Source: a virus
Taxonomy: Duplodnaviria; Caudoviricetes
IMG/VR virus record: IMGVR_UViG_3300037484_000138
Coordinates: 1-39,875 of that record
Direction: 5' to 3' (one strand)
Length of the DNA: 39,875 bases
Position 1 is the stretch's first letter, and the number at the start of each line of letters is the position of its first letter. The position numbers were made by a program, and so were the translations under genes. This document shows, in pieces, positions 1-10,460 of this stretch. The notes beneath the pieces were generated by a model, which had not been told where the DNA came from, ran no database searches, and saw only the letters and a list, made by a program, of their open reading frames with translations.

Positions 1-127
1 TCTCATCGATGCCGAACCCCTTCTTCGTAAACACTCCTGGTGCTGTCTTCGGTCGCTTCTCACCCGTCAGGTCCTTCGCAAGTTCAAGACTGATACCGCC
101 ATGCTCAGAGATCGCCCGCAGGATGGT
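1..127. repeat. Terminal 127-bp duplication (assembly circularisation overlap), copy 1
   Basis: 1-127 identical to 39749-39875. Confidence 0.95.
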
Positions 128-3100
128 CGTGTTCTCATTGATCTTCGGGATGCGTGCATTGCTCCCCGCCTCTTCTGCCTTGACCATGGCCTGTCCCACC
201 ACCTGCTGAACCTCCGCCATCTTCGCGGTCTGTCTGCGCTCCATCACTTCACGCACCAACTCAGGCGTCAAGCGCGGATCATTCAACCCTGTCAGGTCTG
301 CCATGCCTCCATACTCTGTCTTCCGTAATGCCCAGATCAATGCAAAGCGATCCTGTAAAATGGTGCGATCATACGGGAGACTCTGCCGGCCATACTCCTC
401 CGCCACATCCCACACACTCGCCACATGTTCAGCCTGCACCCTCGCATCATTCGCCGCCCTCTGCTCTGCCTGCGCCATCAAAGCATTGATCTCATCTGCT
501 GGCTTCACCTTCCCCCCCTCATCCTGAGCGGAGCGTACTCGCGCAGTCGAAGGATCGGCAGGTGGGGTCACTGCTAACTGATCACTGTTCACTGGTCCCT
601 GTGGGGTCGGCTCGGTCGGTGTCTTCACTCCTCCACCGTCCCCTCTCTTCACCACACGCTCCAACCTTGCGATCCCCGCCTCATTGATCTTCTGCGCTTC
701 CGCGATCGCAAGTATCTTTGTCTCTGCGTAATACTTCTGCTTCGCCGCCTCGCGCTGGTCCTTCGCCATCCCTTCAAACTCTGAGCGTGCCGTCTTCTCC
801 TTCGCCACTATCTCATCGTTGAACTTGACAACATCCTCCCACCACGAACGCGCCGCCTCCCCTGCCGCCTTGCCATACAGACTCTCGAATATATCTGCAA
901 GGTGCTTGCCCGCCTTCACCTCTGCAATGTGCTTATCCTTGAATGCCTTACTGAACCCCCTGTCGATCCCCTTCTGTGAAGCCTCCCAATCATCCCAACG
1001 CTGGGGATTATCGAAGTCATTGCGGTACTTGTCGAAGAACTCACGCCTGCTCTGGCGCATGAAATCATATGCCGCCTTCATGGACGTATCGATCTCACCC
1101 ATCGCCTGTAAAGCGCCCAATGCGTCGGGGTGTCCACTCTTACCCCACGCATCGAAGATACCCGTATAGTTCGCCGCATTGCGTGCGTAGGTGCGTCTGA
1201 ACTCTGCGTCTGAAACCTGGTACGCCTGCTCGATGGCCTTGCTCTTCATGGCTGGGTCATCCAATAAGGTCAGGTCGTTCATCACATCCCCGAACCTAAA
1301 GTAGTGATCCATCCATGTATCGGTAAAGGCAGTGTTCGCATTCTGTATCACCTCGAACGCCGCCGAAGGTTGCTCCACTGCCAGCTTTTGCTTCACATGC
1401 TCCGCCCGCGCCTTCAAGTCCTCGCCCGTCTGCATGTCAAGGTAATCCTGCGCCACCCTCTCCGCCCGTCTGAATGCCGCTGTCACCCCGTCCCGTGTCG
1501 TCTGTCCCTTCAAGAATGTATCCAGCGTATCCAGCACCCCCACCTTGTCCAGCATATCCGCCGCCTGCTGTGACGACAGTCCAGTTTTCTTTGCCGCTTC
1601 ATCGATCAACGAACGACTCTGCACCCCCTCGAACCGCCCGTACAATGTCTTCTCGATGGCTGTCTGGTTCAATCCCGCTTCGATGGCCGCATAGATACGC
1701 TCAGGCTGAATGCCCATGCTCTTGATCGCGCCCACCAATTCAGGACTCATTGCCTTGAACCCCACCCCCCGCCTCCAACTCTGGTTCCAGAACTGCTTCA
1801 TCCCTATTGCGAATGCCTGCTTGCTCTCGGTCTTCTCGAACCATGACGATAGTTTGGAGAACGGCATCGCACTCGATAACTTGCCCAGCTTTTGTTTCGC
1901 ATCTGTCAAAGCGCCTTTGCCCTTCACGGCTTTACTCTGCGCTTCTGTGTGTACCTTTGAACTGCCCGCCGCCTGCTCCACCATGCCCCCGATTCCCACG
2001 CCTTCCTCAAAGCGTGCAGGTGTCATCCCGAATTGATCCATCCATCCGTTGATCTGCTTCGGCGTCATGTACCCATAGATACCCGTCGCCGCGCGATGGA
2101 CCATGTTGCTCAACCCGTTCTGGATCGCATACCCAGGACTCATGCCCAGCAAGAGAATGGACTGTGCTTGCTTCATCAATCCAGCAGTACGGAAGAACGC
2201 GCTCTTCGCCTCGGGTGTCTGGTCCAGCATCATGCGCTTCGATACCCACTCATCGAAGTGACTCCCCAACGCATCCAACATCTGCGCCTTCACCTGGTTC
2301 GGGTGCCATGCCAATGCCCCATCCCCCGTATAAATATCAACGATCTGCTTCAACGTGTCGGCTGTGAACCTGCCGCCTTCGATCTCACCCAATAACGCCT
2401 TCGCCTGTGGGTCTGTGCTTTCCTGCAACCTCTGGCTGATCCTCTGAAAATCCTGTTCCGCCGTGCCGCGTGCCGCAAGATCATCCAACAACTTCCCAGG
2501 CTGTTCCCCCAACACATCGCTGACTCTCGTCAACATGTCCCTGTTCGGCTGGCTCAGATCCCATGCCTGCGTGATCCCATCCAGCGCCGATCCATTGAAA
2601 TCTTTCAACGCCGGCAACACTGTGTAGAACTCTGGCGAATCTGCGAAGCGTGAACCCAACTCCTTCCACGTCTCCATGTCGCTGTTCGATAATGCCTTCA
2701 AATATTTTCCCGCCTCATGTGGGTCTTCGAAGCGTGTCAACAATGCCCCGATGTTTTCATAGAACATTCCCGCCCCGATCTGTGCCCTGCTCTGCGGGGT
2801 CAGGCTGGTCATGTTGTCAATAAAACCGCGCGGGTCCTTGATGGCCTTCACCACCAACTCCACAGGGTTGCTTGCTGAAAACTCCCTGCCTGTGATCGGG
2901 TCGAGTAATCCCTTCCCAAATATTCCTGTCTTGATCTGTCCGTCCTTTGTCACCCCCGCCGCAAACCGTGAGATCATTCCCATCTGATCCACTTTGAACT
3001 CAGGGTTGATCTTCAACGCCTCGCCCGTCTGCACCAGGTTCTTATATCTCTGCGCCGCTTCGATGGGTGCATTGCTGTTCTTGAATGCCTCCGCCGCCAC

Positions 3101-4558
3101 CTTGTTCCCCGTCACATCCGCGATCTTGCCAAGTACCCGCGTCTCCACCTTCGGCATCACATTCAATGGGTCGGCAAATGCCTGCCCAACCATATCTCCC
3201 ATCTGCCCCATGATCCCCGTCTGAAAATCCATCATCACTTCACGGTAGTTCTCCCCGCCTTGTATCCGTTGCCGTGCCTCTGTCATGCGCTCATTCCACG
3301 ATTGACTCAACTCCTCTGGTACATTCGCCCCAAGATAGATCTCCTCGCCTTTGAACTTCTCAGGGTTGGTTACAACATTCCACAAACGATCCGCCCAATA
3401 CGCGCTCGGCACCAGTCGCATTGCGTCGTTCCAATCCAGCTTCCCATCCCACTTCACCGCGCTCTGTATTGCGGGCGTCAGTGACTCAAAGGTCGTTGCC
3501 CCTGCGTTCCACGTTTCTCCTGTTAGCAAATTGGCATCAAAGTTTTTGCTAAATATAAATGGGTTGAATTTTTTATTTATTTCTACTCCAGATAGCACAT
3601 CTCCTACATCAGTGTTCTTGTCCGCCAAAGCGCCCGCAGTCTGCACGCCCAACCCGACAGCCTTCTCCATCTGTTCCGCAAGGAAGTTCATCCATCCGAA
3701 CCCCTTCGATAAAAGGTTCTTCTGTTGCCATGCTTCCTTGGTGGCATCGTACCCGCTCTTGGCCGCGCCCCATCCCAGCCCTGCGCCAAGTCCAGCGCCT
3801 ATCAAACTTCCAACACCGCCTCCACCCAACCCCATCAATGCCCCCTGTGCCGCTCCCATTCCAGCGGGTGACGAAGACAGGTCGAAATACTTCTGTTGCC
3901 ATTTCGGTAACTGCTTCCAATCAAATGACGGGTCTGCAAGGATCTGCTGTTGCATCCACTTGGGATACTTCGTGATCTGGTTCGTCTTGTAGAAATTAGG
4001 ATCACTCAATACCTGCTGTCGTTGTTCAACCCCCACATCGCTCCAGTTCGCCTGCCCATTCACCGCATCCTGCACCGTTGCCAGTCCAGTCATGTTCATG
4101 GGTTTCTCTGGTTGCTTCACGCTCTCCTTTACCAGCAGTCCATTGTTCATGCTGTATTGCAGGATGGATTTCCGCATCGGGTCCATCGGTGTGTTGATCT
4201 GCCCTGCGAAATTCCCCCAGCCTGTTTGTATGTTGCTCGTACTGATCGCGTTCTGATTTTCAGACAAGGGACGTTGAAGCGCCACCCCGCTTTCCCCGCT
4301 TCCATACATCCTCTTGATCGTGCCTGCGCCGTTTCCGCCAGGAGTAGGCGGCAGGAAGTTTGTCGGTTGCATCTGTTGTGGTTGTGGCTGTGCAGGTCTG
4401 TTGCCATACTGCTCACCGAACCACTTGTCCTGCACACCGATCCCAGCCTTACCGTAACGGCTGGCGATCTCTCCCGAGGAGAGTCCCTTTGTCTGATAGT
4501 TCAATAGACCGGCGCGTTCCAGGCGCCGATCCATCTTCCTGCGATCTTTTTTCTGCAT
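1..4558 (-). CDS. Giant polyvalent/internal virion (ejection) protein, N-terminal part; continues across junction to 35382, total 2974 aa
   Basis: ATG at 4558 (MQKKDRRKMDRRLERAG...), open by manual translation to position 1, in frame with the 35382..39782 ORF; missed by the ORF track because it has no stop in the window. Confidence 0.85.
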   Translation of the reverse strand, partial: MQKKDRRKMDRRLERAGLLNYQTKGLSSGEIASRYGKAGIGVQDKWFGEQYGNRPAQPQPQQMQPTNFLPPTPGGNGAGTIKRMYGSGESGVALQRPLSENQNAISTSNIQTGWGNFAGQINTPMDPMRKSILQYSMNNGLLVKESVKQPEKPMNMTGLATVQDAVNGQANWSDVGVEQRQQVLSDPNFYKTNQITKYPKWMQQQILADPSFDWKQLPKWQQKYFDLSSSPAGMGAAQGALMGLGGGGVGSLIGAGLGAGLGWGAAKSGYDATKEAWQQKNLLSKGFGWMNFLAEQMEKAVGLGVQTAGALADKNTDVGDVLSGVEINKKFNPFIFSKNFDANLLTGETWNAGATTFESLTPAIQSAVKWDGKLDWNDAMRLVPSAYWADRLWNVVTNPEKFKGEEIYLGANVPEELSQSWNERMTEARQRIQGGENYREVMMDFQTGIMGQMGDMVGQAFADPLNVMPKVETRVLGKIADVTGNKVAAEAFKNSNAPIEAAQRYKNLVQTGEALKINPEFKVDQMGMISRFAAGVTKDGQIKTGIFGKGLLDPITGREFSASNPVELVVKAIKDPRGFIDNMTSLTPQSRAQIGAGMFYENIGALLTRFEDPHEAGKYLKALSNSDMETWKELGSRFADSPEFYTVLPALKDFNGSALDGITQAWDLSQPNRDMLTRVSDVLGEQPGKLLDDLAARGTAEQDFQRISQRLQESTDPQAKALLGEIEGGRFTADTLKQIVDIYTGDGALAWHPNQVKAQMLDALGSHFDEWVSKRMMLDQTPEAKSAFFRTAGLMKQAQSILLLGMSPGYAIQNGLSNMVHRAATGIYGYMTPKQINGWMDQFGMTPARFEEGVGIGGMVEQAAGSSKVHTEAQSKAVKGKGALTDAKQKLGKLSSAMPFSKLSSWFEKTESKQAFAIGMKQFWNQSWRRGVGFKAMSPELVGAIKSMGIQPERIYAAIEAGLNQTAIEKTLYGRFEGVQSRSLIDEAAKKTGLSSQQAADMLDKVGVLDTLDTFLKGQTTRDGVTAAFRRAERVAQDYLDMQTGEDLKARAEHVKQKLAVEQPSAAFEVIQNANTAFTDTWMDHYFRFGDVMNDLTLLDDPAMKSKAIEQAYQVSDAEFRRTYARNAANYTGIFDAWGKSGHPDALGALQAMGEIDTSMKAAYDFMRQSRREFFDKYRNDFDNPQRWDDWEASQKGIDRGFSKAFKDKHIAEVKAGKHLADIFESLYGKAAGEAARSWWEDVVKFNDEIVAKEKTARSEFEGMAKDQREAAKQKYYAETKILAIAEAQKINEAGIARLERVVKRGDGGGVKTPTEPTPQGPVNSDQLAVTPPADPSTARVRSAQDEGGKVKPADEINALMAQAEQRAANDARVQAEHVASVWDVAEEYGRQSLPYDRTILQDRFALIWALRKTEYGGMADLTGLNDPRLTPELVREVMERRQTAKMAEVQQVVGQAMVKAEEAGSNARIPKINENTTILRAISEHGGISLELAKDLTGEKRPKTAPGVFTKKGFGIDE
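520..555 (+). repeat. REP-like palindrome family A (CCTGAGCGGAG...GCAGTCGAAGG), inside giant CDS
   Basis: Near-identical to copies at 19358 and 26514; translated as PSTARVRSAQD. Confidence 0.8.
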
Positions 4559-4564
4559 GTTCCC

Positions 4565-5389
4565 TTACCCTTTATAGTTCCAACTGAACAGGTTCATGTA
4601 CCACGGTGGTAGGTAACTATTGTCATAGCTGCCCCCGCCATAACCTCCGCCACCACCCCAGCCCTTGTATCGTGTCCCGAAAGGTGAGTAACCACCGCCT
4701 CCATAATCCACGGCTCCCTGTGTCTGCCCAGCAGGGATCAGCCACGGCGCAATTCCATACACACCTGTCTGACTTGCCAGTGATGTTGGGTTTGTTCCAT
4801 ATGGACCTGTCCCAGCTTTTATTTCCACAGGTGCAACTTGTTGGTAATTCGGGTTATTGCCTGCGTTGAACCAGGTCGGGATCGTTGGCATCTGCCCTTG
4901 CGCATTGGCGATCTGTGATGGCACGTTCGGCATGGTTTCTGGGTTGAAGATGTTTCCGCTCACTCCATACTGACTACCCATCGAATTGCTGGGAGTGCGC
5001 GGTTTAGGCATGGGCGCATATGGGTTGTTGTATTGTCCGCTTGTCTGCTTTGCTCCGATATTGCTGGCACCACCGTTCAACCAGTTGGGGGCTTGAAAGT
5101 CCGAAGGCCTCCACGTAAATCCTTCCGAACCCTGTTGCGGTGGGGTCTTCGGGTTATACGGGTTGTAGTCTGCCCCGCTGGTGGGTGGTTTCGGTTGAGC
5201 AGGTTGCTGATTCAGTCCAAGCCACTGAGGTACTTTGTTGATAAACCAGGCGGGAGAGCCTTTCTTGCTTGGCGAATATACCGATTGCACCTGCTGTTGC
5301 GGTGTGGTCTTTGGGTCGTATGGGTTATAGTCTGCCCCACTGGTGGCGACCTTGTCTTTCTTAGGGTTTGTTGGTTTTCCCATTGGCAT
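4565..5389 (-). CDS. Low-complexity P/Q/G/N-rich protein, possible internal virion protein
   Basis: 274 aa, duplicated TSGADYNPYxPKTxPQQ motif, RBS, between portal and giant gene. Confidence 0.6.
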   Translation of the reverse strand: MPMGKPTNPKKDKVATSGADYNPYDPKTTPQQQVQSVYSPSKKGSPAWFINKVPQWLGLNQQPAQPKPPTSGADYNPYNPKTPPQQGSEGFTWRPSDFQAPNWLNGGASNIGAKQTSGQYNNPYAPMPKPRTPSNSMGSQYGVSGNIFNPETMPNVPSQIANAQGQMPTIPTWFNAGNNPNYQQVAPVEIKAGTGPYGTNPTSLASQTGVYGIAPWLIPAGQTQGAVDYGGGGYSPFGTRYKGWGGGGGYGGGSYDNSYLPPWYMNLFSWNYKG

Positions 5390-5390
5390 G

Positions 5391-5597
5391 TTATTCTCCT
5401 TTCAATTCTTCCATGAGTTCCCTGTATTCATCAGGGCGCTCAGCTTTGAACTGCTCCTTGATCTGGTCGGGAGCAGACATCCACGCTTTCCTCAACTGCA
5501 CCTTGATCTGCGGCGTCATCATCTCTTCAAGCACTTCCCGCACGATCTCCTGCACCTCCGCCGTTACTTCCAACAATACATCCTTCATATCGAGCAT
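5391..5597 (-). CDS. Hypothetical acidic helical protein
   Basis: 68 aa, tightly packed in operon. Confidence 0.7.
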   Translation of the reverse strand: MLDMKDVLLEVTAEVQEIVREVLEEMMTPQIKVQLRKAWMSAPDQIKEQFKAERPDEYRELMEELKGE

Positions 5598-5599
5598 GG

Positions 5600-7303
5600 C
5601 TACATCCTCTCACTCGGCGGTATCATCGCATCAGTTTGTGGCATCATCTCCCCTCCCGCCCCAGGCATCATCCCCTGCTCTTGCGGCATCGTGCTGAGCG
5701 GATCTGTACTCGGAGCAGTCGAAGCAGGCGGGGTCGGTGGGGTGCTCGGCATTCCCATCATTGCCTGAATGAACGGCTCCAGATATTGCGGGTTCTTCAA
5801 GATGTTCTCAAAGACTGCCTTCCGTATATCCTCCTTCGCCTTCTGCTTGAACATTGCGTTGCTGTCCGCGATCTTCAACAGGTTCGTGTTCAACCATTCA
5901 TCGGATACATTCGCGTCGCTCCCCTTCAACTGCGTCACGATCTGCGCGTTCCGTAAGTCGTCCTGTTGCAGGTCGGGTTCAAGTGTCACTTCCATGTCCA
6001 CGTTATCTGGAATATCCTCGGGTGAGATCAGGTCATTCACGATCCCATCCGCCTTGATCCGTTGCAGGATGTGCAGGAAACAATCCTTGTAGGCCTGCTC
6101 CTGCGCTTCCTTCGCATCGATGGCTGGCAGTTTGCCCGCGTTCATGTTCATCACGTACCCGCTGAACGTTGCATTCTCTCCCTGCCCGCCGATGGTCTGA
6201 TCCTGTATCGTGCTGGTTGAGTTCTGCTTATCCATCAGCCCCTTCAACTGCAACACATCCCCATCGATCACCTGCATATTCTCCAGCTTGCCCTTCGCAG
6301 TAATGACCTTCACCCCGCCCGTGTACTTCACTGTGATCTTTTCGTTCTGCGCGTCGGGGTCTTGGATGATGACAGGACCGGGTAATCCCTGTGTGTAGAT
6401 GGCTGTGAATACGTAGGTCCAGAATAAGTTCTCCCGCTCCCACCATTCTCCCTTGGCATACGCATACAGGAAGGATTGCAATTGCTCTTCGGGTTTGGAG
6501 AACATGTTCGATCCGCCCGCATAACGAACAAAGATCGGGATGCTCGTCACTCCTTCGATGTCGCCCTTGCCGTTGTATGTCAACCACTCACCTGCAAAGA
6601 GAGTCTTGCCGTTGGTTTCCACCAGGCGCTTATCGTAATGGAAGAAGTCCTGCACCACATAATCCTGCTCGTCCTTCACATCCGTCTCACCCCAGCGTTC
6701 CTTGATGACCGATCCCTTCATCTTGTATTCTTGCAGGTGCCCCACCATTCCATATTCTCCCCACTCAGGGTACGACTCTTTCGCGTTCATTGTGTCGATC
6801 AGGAACGGCGTGCGCTTTTGAATGGTTTCCAATTGCCGCTTGATATATTTGCCAACCCCATCCTCCACCTTTGTCTTCGCGGTGATCAGGTCGTTCAAAC
6901 AATCAACGGTCAACACAACAGGACCATACAACACGGCGGATAGGTTCGTATCCTTTTCAGGCCGCGCCTTCTTGTATTCTCCGCTGACTTGCAACATGCG
7001 TTTCAAACCCTTCTCGATCTTGTCAGAGTTCTTTGCGTCTTTGTCCCCTTCCTTCACCTTGATCTGGATGGAGGAGGTGTCCAGTATTCTTTTCAAACCT
7101 GTCACCTTATCCCGCCCCGTTGAGGAGGTTGTCAGTTTCCAGTCGCGTTCGTCAACATCTTTGTCCTTCGGCTTCTGCACGCCCTTCATGAAATAGATGT
7201 CTTCGTATTTCTCGAACAACAGATTTCGTTGACCGTAGTCTTGTTTGATCTGGTCGCGCCGTTTACGCAGGCTCAGTATCTCTTCTTGTGGTAGTGTGTT
7301 CAT
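5600..7303 (-). CDS. Probable portal protein
   Basis: 567 aa from ATG 7303 (ATGA overlap with endolysin stop); near terL; helical with P/M/Q-rich tail as in P22/T7-type portals. Confidence 0.7.
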   Translation of the reverse strand: MNTLPQEEILSLRKRRDQIKQDYGQRNLLFEKYEDIYFMKGVQKPKDKDVDERDWKLTTSSTGRDKVTGLKRILDTSSIQIKVKEGDKDAKNSDKIEKGLKRMLQVSGEYKKARPEKDTNLSAVLYGPVVLTVDCLNDLITAKTKVEDGVGKYIKRQLETIQKRTPFLIDTMNAKESYPEWGEYGMVGHLQEYKMKGSVIKERWGETDVKDEQDYVVQDFFHYDKRLVETNGKTLFAGEWLTYNGKGDIEGVTSIPIFVRYAGGSNMFSKPEEQLQSFLYAYAKGEWWERENLFWTYVFTAIYTQGLPGPVIIQDPDAQNEKITVKYTGGVKVITAKGKLENMQVIDGDVLQLKGLMDKQNSTSTIQDQTIGGQGENATFSGYVMNMNAGKLPAIDAKEAQEQAYKDCFLHILQRIKADGIVNDLISPEDIPDNVDMEVTLEPDLQQDDLRNAQIVTQLKGSDANVSDEWLNTNLLKIADSNAMFKQKAKEDIRKAVFENILKNPQYLEPFIQAMMGMPSTPPTPPASTAPSTDPLSTMPQEQGMMPGAGGEMMPQTDAMIPPSERM

Positions 7304-8937
7304 CCTTGCTCCTTCGTCCCGTCGATCTTGTAACCCTTCACATAGAACAGCGGCATGTATCTCTTTGCCCTGTTGTTCGTTCTCCAAACATCAGGCGAGA
7401 ATACAAGTTGAATTATGTCGCCTCTCGGGTGATAGTTTATTTTTGTGGCAGTCGGTAGCGCAAGCCAGTATTGAGCATACGCATTATCGATCATCCACTT
7501 CAAAGGTTGGCCTGCATGTTCAGGCTTGAACCCGTCCAACTCCACAAATGCCACACCCTTCACGTACTTGTCGGCCAGCCACACCTTGTCAAAGTACGTG
7601 ATGATCGGCGTTCCATCTGCATAGGTCTTGATCCGCACAGGTTGGCTCAATACCACGCAATGACCGAACACCTCTTCACCATTCGCCACAAACCACGGTC
7701 GGCTTGCTTTAGTATTGGGCGTCCTGTTGATAAGCCAGTTCTCTTTTTGCTTGCGCGTGAATCCATACTTGAGAAAATCAACAGGCTGAAGACTGAGCAT
7801 GTAATCGAACCACTTCTTCCCGATCACCTGCCACGTTGTAACATCTTTGAACCCGTCTTCCTCATCCCACAATGGACCATGAATGAAACTCCCGATCTCA
7901 GTCCCCGTCCCTAGTCCCATGTTATCCTGGATGATAGGTTCAAACGGATCGCGCAACTGGACAATGCGTGAACTGGTCGTCGTTTTCACCGTCAACTTTA
8001 TCAACTGCCCCGAACCGTCAAGCATCCTCACAGCCACCCAACCGATGGCGATCCGCAACCACACATATCCGTTGCCGGCCCATATCCTCCCCGTCTCCAC
8101 GTCCCCAACATTCAGGCGGATGTTTGTCTTGGTCGCCTCGCTCACCTGCGGATACGTCCGTACAATGATCGGCCCACGTAGCACAGTGCCAAAGTATTCG
8201 GTCGGCTCTGTCTCAGGTTCAACAGGGTCAGGCGTCGGCGGAGGAGGAGGCGCTGACGGTTCTTCCTGCGGAGATCCAAGCCATTCTGCCAGTTCATCAT
8301 ACGTCCCGAAGAATACATTCAAGTCCAATGGTTTCGTACTGCCTGGCAGGATCAACCTGTCGCCTGTGAACTGCCACATCCTGATCGTACCTGGACACCG
8401 ACCCGCATTCAGCGGACCTGTGAACGGTTCCAACTCCACCCGTAGCTGGTCCCACGTCAATGACCTTGTATCACTCGGATAGAAAGCATACGGCCACTGT
8501 GACCACCAGTACTCCACATCGCTCGGCCACTTGCTCAGATATTTCAGGAACCATTCACCCACATAGATGACCGTGCGCCAATGTCCCTTCGATAGTTTCT
8601 TGAATGCTTCGAACTCTGCCGCATAGGTGACTGGCGAATATCCTTCCTTGCGAACTTCCATATCAACCATCACTGCCCTGGCATCGGCTGGCATGTTGGC
8701 TTTCAACCAATCGAAGTTCTTCTGTCCCGTCACCCACGGGTTGTACACAAAATAGGGCGCACGAATAAATCCATTGGCCTGCTTCCACTGCACATCAAAG
8801 GTCGCATCCTTGTGGTGTCCGCCGTTCATGTCGTTCAAACGGATCAGCATCCCCGCTACACCGTTCGCTTTCAACACGGCTTCATCCACATCCAACTGCC
8901 CCTCCCATGTGTCGATCAATAACTGGTATGTTTTCAT
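7300..8937 (-). CDS. GH25-family muramidase (endolysin) with Pro linker, SH3b-like and extra C-terminal domain
   Basis: N-terminal IDxxxxQ, DxE (VDME), WQFT...DLN motifs of GH25; PPPPPTPDP linker. Confidence 0.8.
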   Translation of the reverse strand: MKTYQLLIDTWEGQLDVDEAVLKANGVAGMLIRLNDMNGGHHKDATFDVQWKQANGFIRAPYFVYNPWVTGQKNFDWLKANMPADARAVMVDMEVRKEGYSPVTYAAEFEAFKKLSKGHWRTVIYVGEWFLKYLSKWPSDVEYWWSQWPYAFYPSDTRSLTWDQLRVELEPFTGPLNAGRCPGTIRMWQFTGDRLILPGSTKPLDLNVFFGTYDELAEWLGSPQEEPSAPPPPPTPDPVEPETEPTEYFGTVLRGPIIVRTYPQVSEATKTNIRLNVGDVETGRIWAGNGYVWLRIAIGWVAVRMLDGSGQLIKLTVKTTTSSRIVQLRDPFEPIIQDNMGLGTGTEIGSFIHGPLWDEEDGFKDVTTWQVIGKKWFDYMLSLQPVDFLKYGFTRKQKENWLINRTPNTKASRPWFVANGEEVFGHCVVLSQPVRIKTYADGTPIITYFDKVWLADKYVKGVAFVELDGFKPEHAGQPLKWMIDNAYAQYWLALPTATKINYHPRGDIIQLVFSPDVWRTNNRAKRYMPLFYVKGYKIDGTKEQG

Positions 8938-10460
8938 AATCCTTTTACGCTCCGTAGCGGGTGGTTCTCTTGTTTCTTGTTGTCATTGGCTGGCCTGTTG
9001 ATGTTGGTCAGCAAATATCTAAGCATGTCGTATGGGTCGTCCCCGTCCACCTTCTTCACGTCCTCGGGGTTCTTGTCGTCTCGCACCAGGGTCTCCATGC
9101 AATTGAACACTTCGTAATATGGCTCGAACACCTGTATCATGGGCTTCCCGTCCATCGCATCGAACAACAGGCGGTCTATCTTTCTCTTCCCGTTCAGTCT
9201 GTCATTGTCGGCTCTGGTAAGGATGATCCCCTCGGCTTTGTATTCGTCAACACTGGTAAATACTTTATTGCCCTGTGTCTTGCGTGCCCACATGTCGGGG
9301 CTGGCATATGTAACTGTGATCCGTTCGTCTGGCGGGGTCATGCTATTCATCAAGGAGGCCTGCTGTGTATCGGTCAGTTCGCTTTTCTTTACAGCGCGAT
9401 AGACGTATAACCGTTTCGTTGCAGGGTCCACCGTCGCCCATCCCGCCACCCACGGATGCACAAATCCATAATCCAATCCATCCCAGCGCGGCCAGTGCTC
9501 GGGGATCTCGAAAGGCTTGCACGCGATCCGTTCCTTTGTCCAGCTTGGGAATGCCTGACCTGCAAAGATGGACCAGTCTCCCTTGCGTAATGCCCGCGCG
9601 ATCTCTGCGTCACGTTGCATCAGTCGGTTTTCATATTCGGGGTCTGCCGCGTTACCGATGGCGTTGTCTTCAAGATAGGCAGGGATGAAGTACACCTGTG
9701 CATTCTTGCCGTTCGGGTTCATCACCTGCTTGACCGTCTCATGTTCCCCGTTCTTCTTTTCCACATCGAAGACCTGGCTATACCATGCGTGTCCAATGTT
9801 CCCAGGGTTCGACGGCAACACAGCGAAAGGTTTGAACCCGCCTACCTTCACATCTCCGCTGGCTCTGTTGCGTGTCAATAGGTAGTCCACCTGGAACCAT
9901 GAGAAGTGCGTCGCTTCATCCATCAACAGAATGTCTATGGCTTGCGACTGGTACGAATACACATCCTTCTCGTTCTGGCAATGACGGAAGAACAAGGTAC
10001 TGTCGTTTGCCCACTGCCATTCTTTGCCGCCATCCGTATCGTCCGCCACACCGCCAAGGATTCCGTATGCCTTCTGAATGCTTGCGCCTGGTCCATCAAG
10101 TTCGGGGTATGTCCTGCGGAAGTATGCGATCTGCACTCCAGGCCATAGCTCCGCCGCAATGTAGGCAAGGATCAACATCCCGTAACTCTTGCCCCCGAAT
10201 GCCGCTCCACCATATCCGATCATGCCGGCCTTGGTAGTCCCGCGTTCCCCTGTCGCTCTCCACATCGGCACCATCTTCCCGCTAAACAGATGTTCCCCTG
10301 CGCTCACACAGGGGAATCCACATGCTTCAAGTAACCGTGACTGCTTCTCCTGCACCAATGGGAAGGACTGCGGGTTCGATTGGGGTGGCATCAATCCGTT
10401 GAGGAATAAGTTCACGGAGTTCCTGGATAAAATTCCTTCTTGCGTCTGTATCAGGGACAT
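8934..10460 (-). CDS. terL: Terminase large subunit
   Basis: Walker A GGAAFGGKS, Walker B LLMDEA, SNPG motif, nuclease GLDYG and DDPYD. Confidence 0.93.
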   Translation of the reverse strand: MSLIQTQEGILSRNSVNLFLNGLMPPQSNPQSFPLVQEKQSRLLEACGFPCVSAGEHLFSGKMVPMWRATGERGTTKAGMIGYGGAAFGGKSYGMLILAYIAAELWPGVQIAYFRRTYPELDGPGASIQKAYGILGGVADDTDGGKEWQWANDSTLFFRHCQNEKDVYSYQSQAIDILLMDEATHFSWFQVDYLLTRNRASGDVKVGGFKPFAVLPSNPGNIGHAWYSQVFDVEKKNGEHETVKQVMNPNGKNAQVYFIPAYLEDNAIGNAADPEYENRLMQRDAEIARALRKGDWSIFAGQAFPSWTKERIACKPFEIPEHWPRWDGLDYGFVHPWVAGWATVDPATKRLYVYRAVKKSELTDTQQASLMNSMTPPDERITVTYASPDMWARKTQGNKVFTSVDEYKAEGIILTRADNDRLNGKRKIDRLLFDAMDGKPMIQVFEPYYEVFNCMETLVRDDKNPEDVKKVDGDDPYDMLRYLLTNINRPANDNKKQENHPLRSVKGL

